From: an uncultured bacterium
GTDB lineage: Bacteria > Patescibacteriota > Minisyncoccia > UBA6257 > 2-01-FULL-56-20
Reading direction: 5' to 3'
Assembly: GCA_963719425.1 (NCBI GenBank)
Contig: OY970382.1
Span: forward strand, 455,100-519,099
Length of the DNA stretch: 64,000 bases
In this document: one piece after another, positions 26,705-36,700 of the stretch
How the letters are laid out: every line of letters starts with the position of its first letter
Position numbering within the stretch: position 1 is the stretch's first letter
The notes under the pieces: model-generated
What the model was told of the DNA's origin: nothing
Seen by the model: the letters and a program-made list of their open reading frames with translations, nothing else
Databases searched by the model: none
Translations under genes and position numbers: made by a program

Positions 26705-27037
26705 TTATTTGGACGGCGCTTTTGCGGCGGCGGCTTGGGCTTTTTGCGTTTCTGCGGCTTTGATTTCCAATTCCTTCTGCATCTTGCCGCCGTGCTTCGT
26801 GAATTTTCGCGTCGGCGAGAATTCGCCCAAGCGATGGCCCACCATCTCCTCCGCTATCTTCACCTCAATGAACGTTTTGCCGTTATGCACGCTGAAGGTA
26901 TATCCCACCATCTCCGGTGCGATCTCCGACGCGCGCGACCACGTTTTAATGGCCGGCGCATTCTCCGGCTTCGCCTTGGAAATCTTTTGGAGAAGCCTTG
27001 GATCAACGTAGGGACCCTTTTTGAGCGAGCGAGACAT
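26705..27037 (-). CDS. rpsS: 30S ribosomal protein S19
   Basis: RSLKKGP; [13 protein letters not shown]. Confidence 0.97.
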   Translation of the reverse strand: MSRSLKKGPYVDPRLLQKISKAKPENAPAIKTWSRASEIAPEMVGYTFSVHNGKTFIEVKIAEEMVGHRLGEFSPTRKFTKHGGKMQKELEIKAAETQKAQAAAAKAPSK

Positions 27038-27053
27038 GGTTCTGGTAAACAGT

Positions 27054-27876
27054 TTACTTCCTGCGCTTCAGGATGAACTTGCTCGACTTTTTCTTCCGAT
27101 TGCGCGTCTTGTGTCCGCCCGTCACTTTGCCCCACAGGGTCTTCGGTTTTCTCGTGCCGCGCGGCTGGCTGCCCTCGCCGCCGCCGTACGGGTGGTCCAC
27201 CGGGTTCATCGCCTTGCCGCGGACGGTCGGCCGGATGCCAAGCCACCGCGAACGGCCTGCTTTTCCGACCGTAATCAAACTCCATTCGGCGTTTGAAACC
27301 TGTCCGAGCGAGGCAAATCCGTCCCATAGAACGCGGCGCACTTCGCCTGAAGACAACTTCAAATCCGTGTACCCGTCGGCATTTGCAAGCACTTCCGCGT
27401 AGGAACCCGCCGAGCGCGCGAGCTGGCCGCCGCGGCCGGGCGTGAGTTCAATATTGTGCACTTGGTAACCGACCGGAATGTTTTTCAATTTCATCCGATT
27501 GCCGGTCTTCAAGGGCGCCGACTCGGCAACGACGATCTCCGTGCCTACCGTCATGCCTTCCGGCGCCAAAAGATATGCGCGCGTACCATCGGCATATTTC
27601 ACGCGCGCAATGAATGCCGTGCGATACGGATCGTATTCCAGGGTCTCCACGATCGCTTTCGCGTTCAAACGGTTCTGCTTGAAATCAACCATGCGGTACA
27701 ATTTTTTGTTGCCGCCGCCCTGGTGGCGCACCGTAATGCGGCCCTGCGCAGTTGCGGCCCGCATTGGACTTCAATCGCTTCAAAAGCGGCTTCCACGGGC
27801 GGACGCCCGAGAGTACCTTGTAATCAGAAGTGGTCATGCTGCGGCGCGATGCGGTTGTCGGTTTATAGCTTTTCAT
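27054..27876 (-). CDS. rplB: 50S ribosomal protein L2 (one extra base near 27752, likely sequencing error)
   Basis: MKSYKPTT...AGRN then [11 protein letters not shown]...AMNPVDHP in a shifted frame; span 823 bp. Confidence 0.95.
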
Positions 27877-27888
27877 GGTTTTAGAGAT

Positions 27889-28166
27889 TTACTGTACGTC
27901 TATTTTCTGGCCTGCTTTCAAAGTGACGATCGCCTTCCGATACCCTTCCTGCGTGCCTTTTATGTCGCGCCAAACCGTTTCTGTTTTGGCGGACGGTTCA
28001 CCACGTTCACCGCGACCGCATCCACCTTATAAATTTCTTTCACCGCTTTTTTGATCTCCTGCTTGGTCGCTTTCGGCTTCACAATGAAAACGTACTTGCC
28101 GAGCGCGGAGAGTCCGGTGGATTTTTCCGTCACCCAAGGTTTTTTGATAAGAAATACGTCGATCAT
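27889..28166 (-). CDS. rplW: 50S ribosomal protein L23 (frameshift near 27965, likely sequencing error)
   Basis: P.VTEKS...K.EIKKAV; continues GYRKAIVTLKAGQKIDVQ* in another frame. Confidence 0.92.
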
Positions 28167-28174
28167 GGCAATTT

Positions 28175-28825
28175 CTAATTTCCAACTTTGTAATGCTTTT
28201 CAATGGTTGCGACCGCACCTTTCTCAAGAAAAAGATTCTTGTGGTCCAAAACGTCTATGACGTTCAGCGATGCCGCATCAGTTGCTTTCGCCTTTTCTAG
28301 ATTGGCCGCGGCGCGGAACAGGTTTTTATTGACCGCGCGGTCTACCAAGAGCACGTCATACCGCTTGGCTTTCTTTCTCATATTCAAAACCATGGCAAGC
28401 GCAGAAGCCAGTACTTTTGTTTTCGGCGCTTCAAGCGCGAACGATTCAAAAATCTTCATTTCGCCGTCTTTCATCTTCCGCGAAAGCGCGGAAAAGAGCG
28501 CCGTACGCTTCATTTTCTTGTTCACTTTTTGCGAATAATCGCGCTCCTTGCGCGGCCCGTGCGCCTTGCCGCCGCCCACCCACAAGGGCGACCGGATAGA
28601 ACCGTGCCGCGCGCGGCCGGTCCCCTTCTGGCGCCACGGCTTCCTGCCGCCGCCGCGCACTTCGCCGCGTCCCTTCGCGTGCGCCCACGGATCCCGCGCG
28701 TTCGCACGCTGTGCGTCCACCACCTGCTTCACCAAAACCGGGTTCCATTTGACGCCGAAAACGTCTTCCGGCAATTCAACCGTTCCCACTTTTTTATTGT
28801 TCAAATTATAGACGTCGGTGATCAT
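28175..28825 (-). CDS. rplD: 50S ribosomal protein L4
   Basis: GGGRKPWRQKGTGRARHGS. Confidence 0.97.
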   Translation of the reverse strand: MITDVYNLNNKKVGTVELPEDVFGVKWNPVLVKQVVDAQRANARDPWAHAKGRGEVRGGGRKPWRQKGTGRARHGSIRSPLWVGGGKAHGPRKERDYSQKVNKKMKRTALFSALSRKMKDGEMKIFESFALEAPKTKVLASALAMVLNMRKKAKRYDVLLVDRAVNKNLFRAAANLEKAKATDAASLNVIDVLDHKNLFLEKGAVATIEKHYKVGN

Positions 28826-28847
28826 GAAAATTTCTAATGACGAATTT

Positions 28848-29405
28848 TTAATTCCGGATTTCCAAAAGGCCGCCACGCGCGCCTGGCACCGCACCGCGGA
28901 GGAATATCAAATTTTTTTCTTTGTCAACGTCCGCCACCACAAGATTCTTGATCGTCACGCGCTCCGTGCCCATGTGGCCCGCCATGCGGCGGCCGGGCAC
29001 CACGCGCTGGAACGCGGTGGAGCCGATGGAACCCGGCGCGCGGAAACGGTTCTTCTGCCCGTGCGTTTTCGGCCCGCCGCTGAAGCCGTGCCGCTTCACG
29101 ACACCCTGGAATCCGCGCCCTTTCGTAAGCCCGCTCACGCGGACTTTTTCGCCAGCCGCGAATGCTTCCACCGTCACCGCATCGCCCACCTTGAACTTTC
29201 CCATCTCAATCGGATGCCATTCGCGGTTCCGAAATTCACGCTTCGCTTTCCCAACCGAAACCTGGACGGCTTCATAGCCATCGTTATCTTTACTGCGTAC
29301 CGTAGTCACCTTGTTTGGCTCCGCGTGGATCACGGTCACGGGAATCACCTTCCCGTCCTTCCAGATTTGCGTCATTTTCAGTTTTTTGCCGAGAATAAAT
29401 GACAT
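28848..29405 (-). CDS. rplC: 50S ribosomal protein L3
   Basis: KGRGFQGVVKRH; PGSIG; MAGHMG. Confidence 0.97.
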   Translation of the reverse strand: MSFILGKKLKMTQIWKDGKVIPVTVIHAEPNKVTTVRSKDNDGYEAVQVSVGKAKREFRNREWHPIEMGKFKVGDAVTVEAFAAGEKVRVSGLTKGRGFQGVVKRHGFSGGPKTHGQKNRFRAPGSIGSTAFQRVVPGRRMAGHMGTERVTIKNLVVADVDKEKNLIFLRGAVPGARGGLLEIRN

Positions 29406-29588
29406 AAAACAAAAATTCCGGTTCTCACCGGAAGTTCATGCGAATACCCGACCGAACCCTGCCCTCAGGCGGGGTCGGTGCTTAAAGAAAACGAAAGACG
29501 TCTTCCGAAGCGCCAAAGCGCGATAGATATTGGCATAAAACTTCCGAGGAAACCTTAGGGAAAGTATAGCAAAACAGGGCCCGCCGTG

Positions 29589-29951
29589 TCAATTGATCGG
29601 CAAAAGCCGGCGTTTAAAGGCGTCGAATTCCTCACGATCCACCTTTTTATCCAATATTTCTATGATGCGTGCGAACCATCCTTCCATCTCGTTTTTAGTA
29701 GGCAACATCGCGATTTTCTGTTCCAAAGCGTCCATACACCCCTCAACTTTATCCAATATCTTGCCGACAGCAATATAGCCTTCCAGAGTTATTTTGAATT
29801 TCGCCTCTGTTTCCTCAAATAAAATCATCATCTTCCGCTGGTCAGCGTCAATTTTATCCGCTTTCACATGTAACTTACTTATCTCCATCCGCATAAGCGG
29901 CAGCTGGGCATCCAGCCGCGCAACCGTGGCCTCCAAATTTTGTTCATCCAT
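29589..29951 (-). CDS. Hypothetical coiled-coil protein inserted in the S10 operon
   Basis: Heptad-rich 120-aa ORF between rpsJ and rplC. Confidence 0.6.
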   Translation of the reverse strand: MDEQNLEATVARLDAQLPLMRMEISKLHVKADKIDADQRKMMILFEETEAKFKITLEGYIAVGKILDKVEGCMDALEQKIAMLPTKNEMEGWFARIIEILDKKVDREEFDAFKRRLLPIN

Positions 29952-30019
29952 GCTCTCATGGTAGTAAACGAACAAAAATAGTCAAAGGTTCTTTAATAAT
30001 TTTTTAATGCACTGCATCA

Positions 30020-30051
30020 CCAAAAACCGCCCCTTGCGAGGCGGTCTTTGG
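30020..30051 (-). terminator. Intrinsic terminator of the predicted anti-tRNA sRNA
   Basis: ACCGCCTC-GCAA-GGGGCGGT followed by a T run. Confidence 0.75.
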
Positions 30052-30089
30052 TTTGGAGCCCGAAGGCATCCGGCAAGCTGTCAACTTAT
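30020..30089 (-). ncRNA. Predicted ~70-nt sRNA antisense to the anticodon arm of the adjacent tRNA
   Basis: Own promoter and terminator; 5' segment AAGTTGACAGCTTGCCG (30071-30087) is the exact complement of the tRNA at 30169-30185; followed by a C-UUCG-G hairpin. Confidence 0.7.
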
Positions 30090-30094
30090 CTCCC

Positions 30095-30122
30095 ATTATA
30101 CTCCGATTTCTAACCTTGTCAA
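30095..30122 (-). promoter_or_regulatory. Consensus sigma70 promoter TTGACA-N16-TATAAT
   Basis: Perfect -35 (30117-30122) and -10 (30095-30100) hexamers. Confidence 0.75.
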
Positions 30123-30137
30123 ACGCCCGCGTCAATG

Positions 30138-30208
30138 TGGACTGGCGGAGAATCGAACTCCGAACTACAAGTTGACAGCTTGCCGTGATACCCTTTCACC
30201 ACCAGCCC
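30138..30208 (-). tRNA. tRNA with GTC (Asp) anticodon and Ala-type acceptor stem
   Basis: GGGCTGG/CCAGTCC-A gives G1:C72, G2:C71, G3:U70, A73; arm GCAAG-CTGTCAA-CTTGT; T arm CGGAG-TTCGATT-CTCCG. Confidence 0.88.
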
Positions 30209-30278
30209 CATTGACCGGTGAATTCTAGCAAGCCGCCGATTAAATCTCTCTAAAAAAACTCTCGCGTGGACGTTTTCG

Positions 30279-30608
30279 TTAGACCATTTTCACTTCCACA
30301 TCCACCCCTGCCGGTAAATTCAAATTCGTGAGCGACTCAATAATCTTCTGGCTCGGATTCAGGATCTCCACCAGACGCTTGTGCACCCGGAGCTCAAACT
30401 GTTCGCGCGAGTCCTTATGCACGAACGTGGAACGGTTCACGGTGTAGTGCCTGATCTCCGTGGGTAGCGGAATCGGACCGTTCACCTTCGCGTCGTTCCG
30501 TTCGGCGGTCTCAATGATCTGGCGCGCCGAATTGTCAATCAGCTTGTGGTCGTAGGACTTGATCCGCAACCGGATTTTTTGCGGCGTTTCCGATTCCTTC
30601 TTTGCCAT
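30279..30608 (-). CDS. rpsJ: 30S ribosomal protein S10
   Basis: GPIPLPT; HKDSREQFE...HKRL. Confidence 0.97.
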   Translation of the reverse strand: MAKKESETPQKIRLRIKSYDHKLIDNSARQIIETAERNDAKVNGPIPLPTEIRHYTVNRSTFVHKDSREQFELRVHKRLVEILNPSQKIIESLTNLNLPAGVDVEVKMV

Positions 30609-30609
30609 A

Positions 30610-31809
30610 TTATTTGACGATCTTCGTAACCGCTCCTGCGCCTACGGTGTGGCCGCCTTCGCGAATGGCGAAGCGCTGCTTGTCCTCAAGCGCAACGGGG
30701 GAAATGAGTTTCACCGAGAGCTTTACGGTGTCGCCCGGCATCACCATCTCCATGCCCGAGGGCAGGGTCACCTCGCCGGTCACGTCGGTCGTTCGGATAT
30801 AGAACTGCGGCTTGTAGCCCGAGAAGAACGGCGAGTGCCTCCCGCCTTCCTCTTTGGAAAGCACGTACACCTCCGCCTCAAATTCCGAATGGGGCGTGAC
30901 GGTTCCCGGCTTCGCAATCACCTGCCCGCGCTCAACGTCCTCTTTCTTCAAGCCGCGGAGCAAGGCGCCGATGTTGTCGCCCGCCATGCCCTCATCCAAA
31001 AGCTTATTGAACATTTCGATGCCGGTGACGACGGTTTTGGTCGTGGGTCGCAAACCGACAATCTCCACCTCTTCATTCACTTTCACTTTTCCGCGCTCCA
31101 CGCGACCGGTGACAACCGTACCGCGGCCTTCAATAGAGAAGATGTCTTCAATCGGCATAAGGAACGGCTTGTCGACGTCGCGGACCGGCGTCGGGATATA
31201 ATCATCTAACGCTTTGATAAGATCAAGGATCGGTTTTGCGTCCGGGTCATCCGGAGATTTCACGTTCAATGCTTTCAACGCCGAACCGCGAATGACCGGC
31301 GCGTTGTCGCCGTCAAAATGATATTTTTTCAGGAGTTCCCGCACCTCGGATTCCACGAGATCAATCAATTCCGGATCATCCACTTGGTCGCACTTGTTCA
31401 AGAACACCACGATCTTCGGCACGCCCACCTGATACGCAAGCAGGATGTGCTCGCGCGTCTGCGGCATCGGCCCGTCCGTTGCGGCGACCACAAGTATCGC
31501 GCCGTCCATCTGGGCGGCACCCGTGATCATGTTTTTGATGTAGTCCGCGTGCCCCGGCGCGTCAATGTGCGCGTAGTGGCGCTTTTCCGTGGAATACTCG
31601 GAGTGGTGCAATGCGATTGTGATACCGCGTGCCTTTTCCTCCGGCGCGTTGTCGATCTGATCAACGCCCTCTTCTTTCTTAGCCAGACCCTTCATAAACA
31701 AAATGTGTGTGATCGCGGCGGTCAAGGTCGTCTTTCCGTGATCCACGTGGCCGATCGTCCCCACGTTCACGTGCGGCTTGGACCGGTCAAATTTTTCTTT
31801 TTCTGCCAT
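30610..31809 (-). CDS. tuf: Elongation factor Tu
   Basis: GHVDHGKTT; DAPGHADY; NKCD. Confidence 0.99.
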   Translation of the reverse strand: MAEKEKFDRSKPHVNVGTIGHVDHGKTTLTAAITHILFMKGLAKKEEGVDQIDNAPEEKARGITIALHHSEYSTEKRHYAHIDAPGHADYIKNMITGAAQMDGAILVVAATDGPMPQTREHILLAYQVGVPKIVVFLNKCDQVDDPELIDLVESEVRELLKKYHFDGDNAPVIRGSALKALNVKSPDDPDAKPILDLIKALDDYIPTPVRDVDKPFLMPIEDIFSIEGRGTVVTGRVERGKVKVNEEVEIVGLRPTTKTVVTGIEMFNKLLDEGMAGDNIGALLRGLKKEDVERGQVIAKPGTVTPHSEFEAEVYVLSKEEGGRHSPFFSGYKPQFYIRTTDVTGEVTLPSGMEMVMPGDTVKLSVKLISPVALEDKQRFAIREGGHTVGAGAVTKIVK

Positions 31810-31957
31810 GGATTTTTGTGAAGTTTTGATTAAATTTATTTGTAACGATGCCCTTTCACTTCGCGAAAAAGCAATAGCCAATCGACCTAAAACGCTCCTT
31901 CACGAAGGATGACAAAAACCATTGTACCCCTATGCCCCCCGCGCGTCAAATCCATTC

Positions 31958-32269
31958 TTAGACTTTTTTAATCCTAACTTCCGCATATTGCTGTCGATGT
32001 CCCTTTTTTTTGCGGAACCGCGTTTTGGAATGATACTTAAAGACGATCTTTTTTTTCTCGCGCCCCACGCCGAGCAATTCCGCTTCCACCGAAGCATTCG
32101 TAAGGTAAGGAGCGCCGATCGTGACGCGGCCGTCCTCGGACCGCAAAAGCACCTTATCAAAAACCATGGCGCCGCCTTCGGCGCTTGTCTTTTCTATTTT
32201 TAATTTCTCCCCGGCGGAAACCTTGTATTGCTTCCCGCCGGTTTGAATCACCGCGAAGTCCTGTGCCAT
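31958..32269 (-). CDS. rplU: 50S ribosomal protein L21
   Basis: AVIQTGGKQYKV; GHRQ. Confidence 0.96.
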   Translation of the reverse strand: MAQDFAVIQTGGKQYKVSAGEKLKIEKTSAEGGAMVFDKVLLRSEDGRVTIGAPYLTNASVEAELLGVGREKKKIVFKYHSKTRFRKKKGHRQQYAEVRIKKV

Positions 32270-32273
32270 ACTA

Positions 32274-32624
32274 TCAATTAACGCTAATGATAGCCGCAAA
32301 ACCGATAAAAAGCAAGATGGCGAGGACGAGGGTGACTGCGGCGGCACACTTCCCCAAAAAGCGGCTTCTTTCTTCAAGCTCAAGCGCGATAACGAAATTC
32401 ATGATGACAGCTGCGATCCCAAACGCTGCGATAAAGACGAAATTCGCCGGCGTGCCGACGGCAGTGATTCCCTCAAGATCGTTGTAATGAAGAATCACGG
32501 GAGAACTCAAGGCGGTGATATGCAACGCAAGGCGCGACCACAAGGCGCCGCCCATCACAAAAAGAAGCGCCGCAAGCGACATTAGACTGACCTCCTTGTG
32601 CTTGAGTATTTTCTTCCACATCAT
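32274..32624 (-). CDS. Small membrane protein
   Basis: Three TM segments with ILHYN...GI loop. Confidence 0.7.
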   Translation of the reverse strand: MMWKKILKHKEVSLMSLAALLFVMGGALWSRLALHITALSSPVILHYNDLEGITAVGTPANFVFIAAFGIAAVIMNFVIALELEERSRFLGKCAAAVTLVLAILLFIGFAAIISVN

Positions 32625-33634
32625 GATCCCGATGATGATCCAGCCCTCTCCCCCCGCAGCACCGCGGCAGCGGCGTCCGGCGGAACGACGTTGATATTCA
32701 CGATGGTGGAGATCTCAAATCCTCCCGGAGGAGAAATCACATCCACCGGCACGACTTCAATGTGCCAATGATGATAAGGATATTTGCGGCCATCTACGGG
32801 GGCGTCGTGGATAAAGAAATTGAGGTCCGGATCGTGGAGATGCTTCTTCATGCGGCGCATCACGGACTGCAACAGGCGTGCGACATCCGCAAGCACCGCA
32901 CCTGGGGTTTCCGCGAAGTACGGCGCGTGGCGCCGCGGAAGAATGCTCACTTCAAAGGGACGCTTTGCCGCATAGGGAACGAACGCGATTGCGTGGCGAT
33001 TCTTTGCTACCATCCGCACGTTCGCCTTTTGCTCCCCCGCGACGATGTCGCAGCGCACACAACGGCCGTGCTGCTTGAAATACCGCAGAGCGCCATGAAG
33101 GGACTTCATGGCGTGTGGAGGGATAATCGGGAGCGCGAGGATCTGATAGTGGGGATGCGAAAGCGAAGCGCCCGCTTCCCTCCCCCAATTAAAGAACGTG
33201 GAAACGTACGCGCTGCACGCATCCTTCGCAATCACCCGATATCGTTCCCGGATTACCGTAAAGACATTGCACGCTTCCCGGGCAGTGAGTTCCGCGAAAT
33301 TTTTCCGATGGTCGCGGGTGACAACAATCTCGTGATCTCCCACGCCGGTCTTTCCGCGATACAAACCCCGGGAAATATCCGCAGCGCAACGCGCGCCATG
33401 CGCGAGCGCAGGATATTTATTGTGGATGATGGCGATCTTCCAGTGCGCTTCGTCGGGATACATCGCAATCGGCGGCCAGTTTCCGGATTTTTTCAGATCC
33501 TCAAACGGGCACCCGCGCATGGGCGATATCTCGCGCGGTCCTCTGCGCTTCAAAAGGTCTTCCGGACGCTTGGCGCGCCCGGGTGCAATAATGGTCCAAT
33601 CGCCGGAAACAGGGTCTTCGTGGAACTCGCTCAT
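32621..33634 (-). CDS. GalT-like uridylyltransferase / HIT superfamily protein
   Basis: R.KRP, CPF, NKYP, AGASL.HPH.Q, YHHWHIE. Confidence 0.88.
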   Translation of the reverse strand: MSEFHEDPVSGDWTIIAPGRAKRPEDLLKRRGPREISPMRGCPFEDLKKSGNWPPIAMYPDEAHWKIAIIHNKYPALAHGARCAADISRGLYRGKTGVGDHEIVVTRDHRKNFAELTAREACNVFTVIRERYRVIAKDACSAYVSTFFNWGREAGASLSHPHYQILALPIIPPHAMKSLHGALRYFKQHGRCVRCDIVAGEQKANVRMVAKNRHAIAFVPYAAKRPFEVSILPRRHAPYFAETPGAVLADVARLLQSVMRRMKKHLHDPDLNFFIHDAPVDGRKYPYHHWHIEVVPVDVISPPGGFEISTIVNINVVPPDAAAAVLRGERAGSSSGS

Positions 33635-33640
33635 AAAAGA

Positions 33641-35569
33641 TTACGGGGTCGCGGCATTCGCGCGCGCGATCCTGTTCCAATAATACCAATTGAGAATGTC
33701 TTTCGCTATCGGCACCGCGTTCAGGCTTCCTTCTTTTGAATTCTCTATAAGGATAAGGATGGACACCTGCGGATTCTTGCACGGCATATAGCCCACAAAG
33801 AGCGCGTTCTCCTGCTGGTTGTTCGCTACTTGCGCGCTGCCGGTCTTCGCGCACGCGTCAATTGGCAAATCGTGCAATGAATACGCCGTCCCCTGCGGCG
33901 ACGTTACCCCTTCCCGCATCCCCTGCTGCACTTCTTGTATCTGCGGAAGAAGCCCCGTGAGGTCCTCCGAAATCTGCGGCGTGGAAGCGGCGTTTAGGAA
34001 CGGCCGGTAAATTTTCCCGCCGTTGCCGATGGCGCCGATATAATCCAAAAGTTGGAGCGGACTCACGAGCAGGTCTCCCTGCCCAATGGAAACATTGTAG
34101 GTGTCGCCAAGGAGCCAGGGCGTTCCCAAGCGTTTCTGCTTCCAGTCCGGCGTAGGCAGGAACCCGTCCGCTTCATTCGGCATATCAATGCCGGTCGGTC
34201 TCCCGAGGCCGAACATTTCCCACCATTGATACAACCGACTAATGCCGAGGCCCGAAATGCCGTAATCGCTCGGGTCATTCAAAAGCGGCGTGCTTGCCGG
34301 CGGCGACCCGCCTCCCACGACATAGAAATACACGTCCGACGATTGCGCGAGCGCGGATGCCAAGTCCACGCTTCCTTGATAGCGCCAATCCAAGTACCGG
34401 CTCGGCGTTGAGGAATTGTAGGGATTCGGCACAAGGAGATAGCCAGGCGAAAAAATGGTGCGTTGCGGGTCAATCACGCCTTCTTTGAGCGCCGCGACCG
34501 CGTCCAAGGGCTTCACGGTGGAACCGGGATTGTAAAACCCGCCGACCGCCCGATTGAAAAGCGGTTTGTCGGAGGAAGAAAGCAAACGCGATATCTCCGC
34601 CGCCGCCCCGCCGGTGCCGGACTGCGAGAACACATTATCGTCAAAACCGGGAAGATTGATGAGTGAAAGCACTTCGCCTGTCTGCGGATCTATTGCGAGG
34701 CCCACGCCCACGGTTCTCCCGAGCGACTGTAAACCGCTTGCGAGGCGCGAATAGAGGTACGACTGCAGCCCTCCGTCGATCGTAAGATGAAGCGAGCCGC
34801 CGACCTGCGGTGTGGACTGTTGTTCCTCGCGGAGCAACGTGCCCTGCGCGTTCCGGTATTGCACCGTCACTCCCGGCTTCCCGCGCAGGACATCGTCGTA
34901 GTACGCCTCAATGCCCATTTTCCCGATAAAGTCGGCATTGCTTAAAGATGGATCTGCCTTTAAATCGTTTTCGCTCACGCGACCCGTATAGCCGACAACC
35001 GAAGAGAACACAGGCCCTTGGGGATAGTCGCGTATGAATTCGTTCTCCACTTTGATCGTCGTGAGGTTCGCTGCTTGGAGATTCACAAGCTCGTTCTGCG
35101 TAAGGTTCTCCGCAAGAACGACCGGCGTCGCGAAATCCTGCGCGACGGCCTGATTCACAAGGTTTGTGAAATCGTGGAAAGTGATACCGAGCACGCTTTG
35201 CGCGATGCGCGCGGTATCTGCGCGAAGCGACTCGTCATTCACGTATGCGCGCGTGTCAAGCACCGCCGCGAATGCCGCCTTGCTTTCCGCAAGCACATCG
35301 CCCTCGCGATCGTAGATCGCGCCGCGCGGCGCCAGCGCCATTTCGTATTCCGCCACGTTGTCTTCCGCACGCGCCGCGTAATACGCGCCGCTTGCCCAAT
35401 TAAGATAGACAATCCGCGCCGCGACCGCGAGCGCAATGCAAAAAACGATTATCCCAAGCCAGAAGAACGGCCGGTGCCCGATGGGAACCTCCGCCACGTC
35501 CAAATCGCGGCTCCAGTCGTCGTTCAACGAATCTTCAAACGCAACCTCGCGGAAACGATCCTGCCTCAT
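33641..35569 (-). CDS. mrdA: Penicillin-binding protein 2
   Basis: PRG.IYDR; GSTVK (SxxK); SSD; KTGSAQ; downstream of mreBCD. Confidence 0.92.
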   Translation of the reverse strand: MRQDRFREVAFEDSLNDDWSRDLDVAEVPIGHRPFFWLGIIVFCIALAVAARIVYLNWASGAYYAARAEDNVAEYEMALAPRGAIYDREGDVLAESKAAFAAVLDTRAYVNDESLRADTARIAQSVLGITFHDFTNLVNQAVAQDFATPVVLAENLTQNELVNLQAANLTTIKVENEFIRDYPQGPVFSSVVGYTGRVSENDLKADPSLSNADFIGKMGIEAYYDDVLRGKPGVTVQYRNAQGTLLREEQQSTPQVGGSLHLTIDGGLQSYLYSRLASGLQSLGRTVGVGLAIDPQTGEVLSLINLPGFDDNVFSQSGTGGAAAEISRLLSSSDKPLFNRAVGGFYNPGSTVKPLDAVAALKEGVIDPQRTIFSPGYLLVPNPYNSSTPSRYLDWRYQGSVDLASALAQSSDVYFYVVGGGSPPASTPLLNDPSDYGISGLGISRLYQWWEMFGLGRPTGIDMPNEADGFLPTPDWKQKRLGTPWLLGDTYNVSIGQGDLLVSPLQLLDYIGAIGNGGKIYRPFLNAASTPQISEDLTGLLPQIQEVQQGMREGVTSPQGTAYSLHDLPIDACAKTGSAQVANNQQENALFVGYMPCKNPQVSILILIENSKEGSLNAVPIAKDILNWYYWNRIARANAATP

Positions 35570-35585
35570 CGGTTCTTAGCATACG

Positions 35586-36023
35586 CTAATCCCTGTCCCA
35601 TCGGTAGAGCAGGAAGAAAACGCACGTGCCGAAAAGCCAACCCGCCGCGAGATCCGGCAAAAATAGCCGCCACGATGCGAGGAGCGCCGCGGGCGCAGCC
35701 GCGACGACAAGCGTAAGGAAACCGAGGAAGATCGCGACGAGGTTGAGAAACCACGGCTGTGAGCGGAACGCATCGCGCAAAAAAAAGACTGCAAAAGGAA
35801 ACAGTGCAGACACGAGTATCTCCGGACTCACGGCCGGCTGCCAGTTGATGATAAAAACCGCGGTGAGGGCAAGGAATGCCAGCTCCCAAAATCCGAACAC
35901 GAACGCGAATGCAATGAGCGTGGCGAAAGAAAAATCAAGATACACGTTCGCCGCGGCAAGCGAGAACTGGAGCGCAAGCGCGATGAGCAGGAGCACGAGG
36001 CCGGCGAGCAGTTTTAGGGTCAT
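35586..36023 (-). CDS. MreD-like membrane protein
   Basis: Very hydrophobic; lies between mreC and mrdA. Confidence 0.65.
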   Translation of the reverse strand: MTLKLLAGLVLLLIALALQFSLAAANVYLDFSFATLIAFAFVFGFWELAFLALTAVFIINWQPAVSPEILVSALFPFAVFFLRDAFRSQPWFLNLVAIFLGFLTLVVAAAPAALLASWRLFLPDLAAGWLFGTCVFFLLYRWDRD

Positions 36024-36688
36024 CGGGCGATGGCAACGACTTGCATGCTGTTCTCGTCGTAGGCGAACGTGAGGGCCGCTTCTTCAAAAAGGTTGTCCGC
36101 GGATGTGCTCGTGCCTTGGACAACGGCAACCGGAAGTCCGTACGGCAATCCCTCCGCCGCGGCATAGACGATATCGCCCGCATGCACCGCCGCGCCTTTC
36201 GCCATGGAAACAACTGAGGGAGATGCGCCGCCTGTGAGCAGGCCGTCATTCCCTGCCGCGCCGACGCGCACCGGTATTTTGAAATTGCCATCAAACACCG
36301 TCCGAACGAGCGAAGAGTCAGGGAACGTTCTTAGGACGACGCCGACGAGGATCCCCTGGAACACCACTGCCCTGCCCTCCGCGACGCCCTCATTCGCACC
36401 CGCATCAACAAGAAATTCGTTTTTGAAATTAAAAGGGTAGCGCGAATACACCATGGCGGAAAGGTACGCGGGCGAGGAACTGGGCAATTGCGCGGCGACG
36501 CGCGCGAGCTGTGCAAGCTCGGCTTTCAACTCCTCGTTTTCCGCGACGAGAACGCTGCTCTCCGCCTGGGGCGCCGCAAGAGGACTGAGCCACGCCCGCA
36601 CCCGCGCGCCGTACTGCGGCGCAAGAAACACAAGCACGATTAAAATGACGATGCATACTACGAGAGACCATCCGTCACGCTTCTTCAC
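36020..36688 (-). CDS. mreC: Rod shape-determining protein MreC
   Basis: TM helix, EN..LK coiled coil, D.G...GV..G..V...LVG. Confidence 0.85.
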   Translation of the reverse strand: MKKRDGWSLVVCIVILIVLVFLAPQYGARVRAWLSPLAAPQAESSVLVAENEELKAELAQLARVAAQLPSSSPAYLSAMVYSRYPFNFKNEFLVDAGANEGVAEGRAVVFQGILVGVVLRTFPDSSLVRTVFDGNFKIPVRVGAAGNDGLLTGGASPSVVSMAKGAAVHAGDIVYAAAEGLPYGLPVAVVQGTSTSADNLFEEAALTFAYDENSMQVVAIAR

Positions 36689-36700
36689 ATTAGAAGAAAA

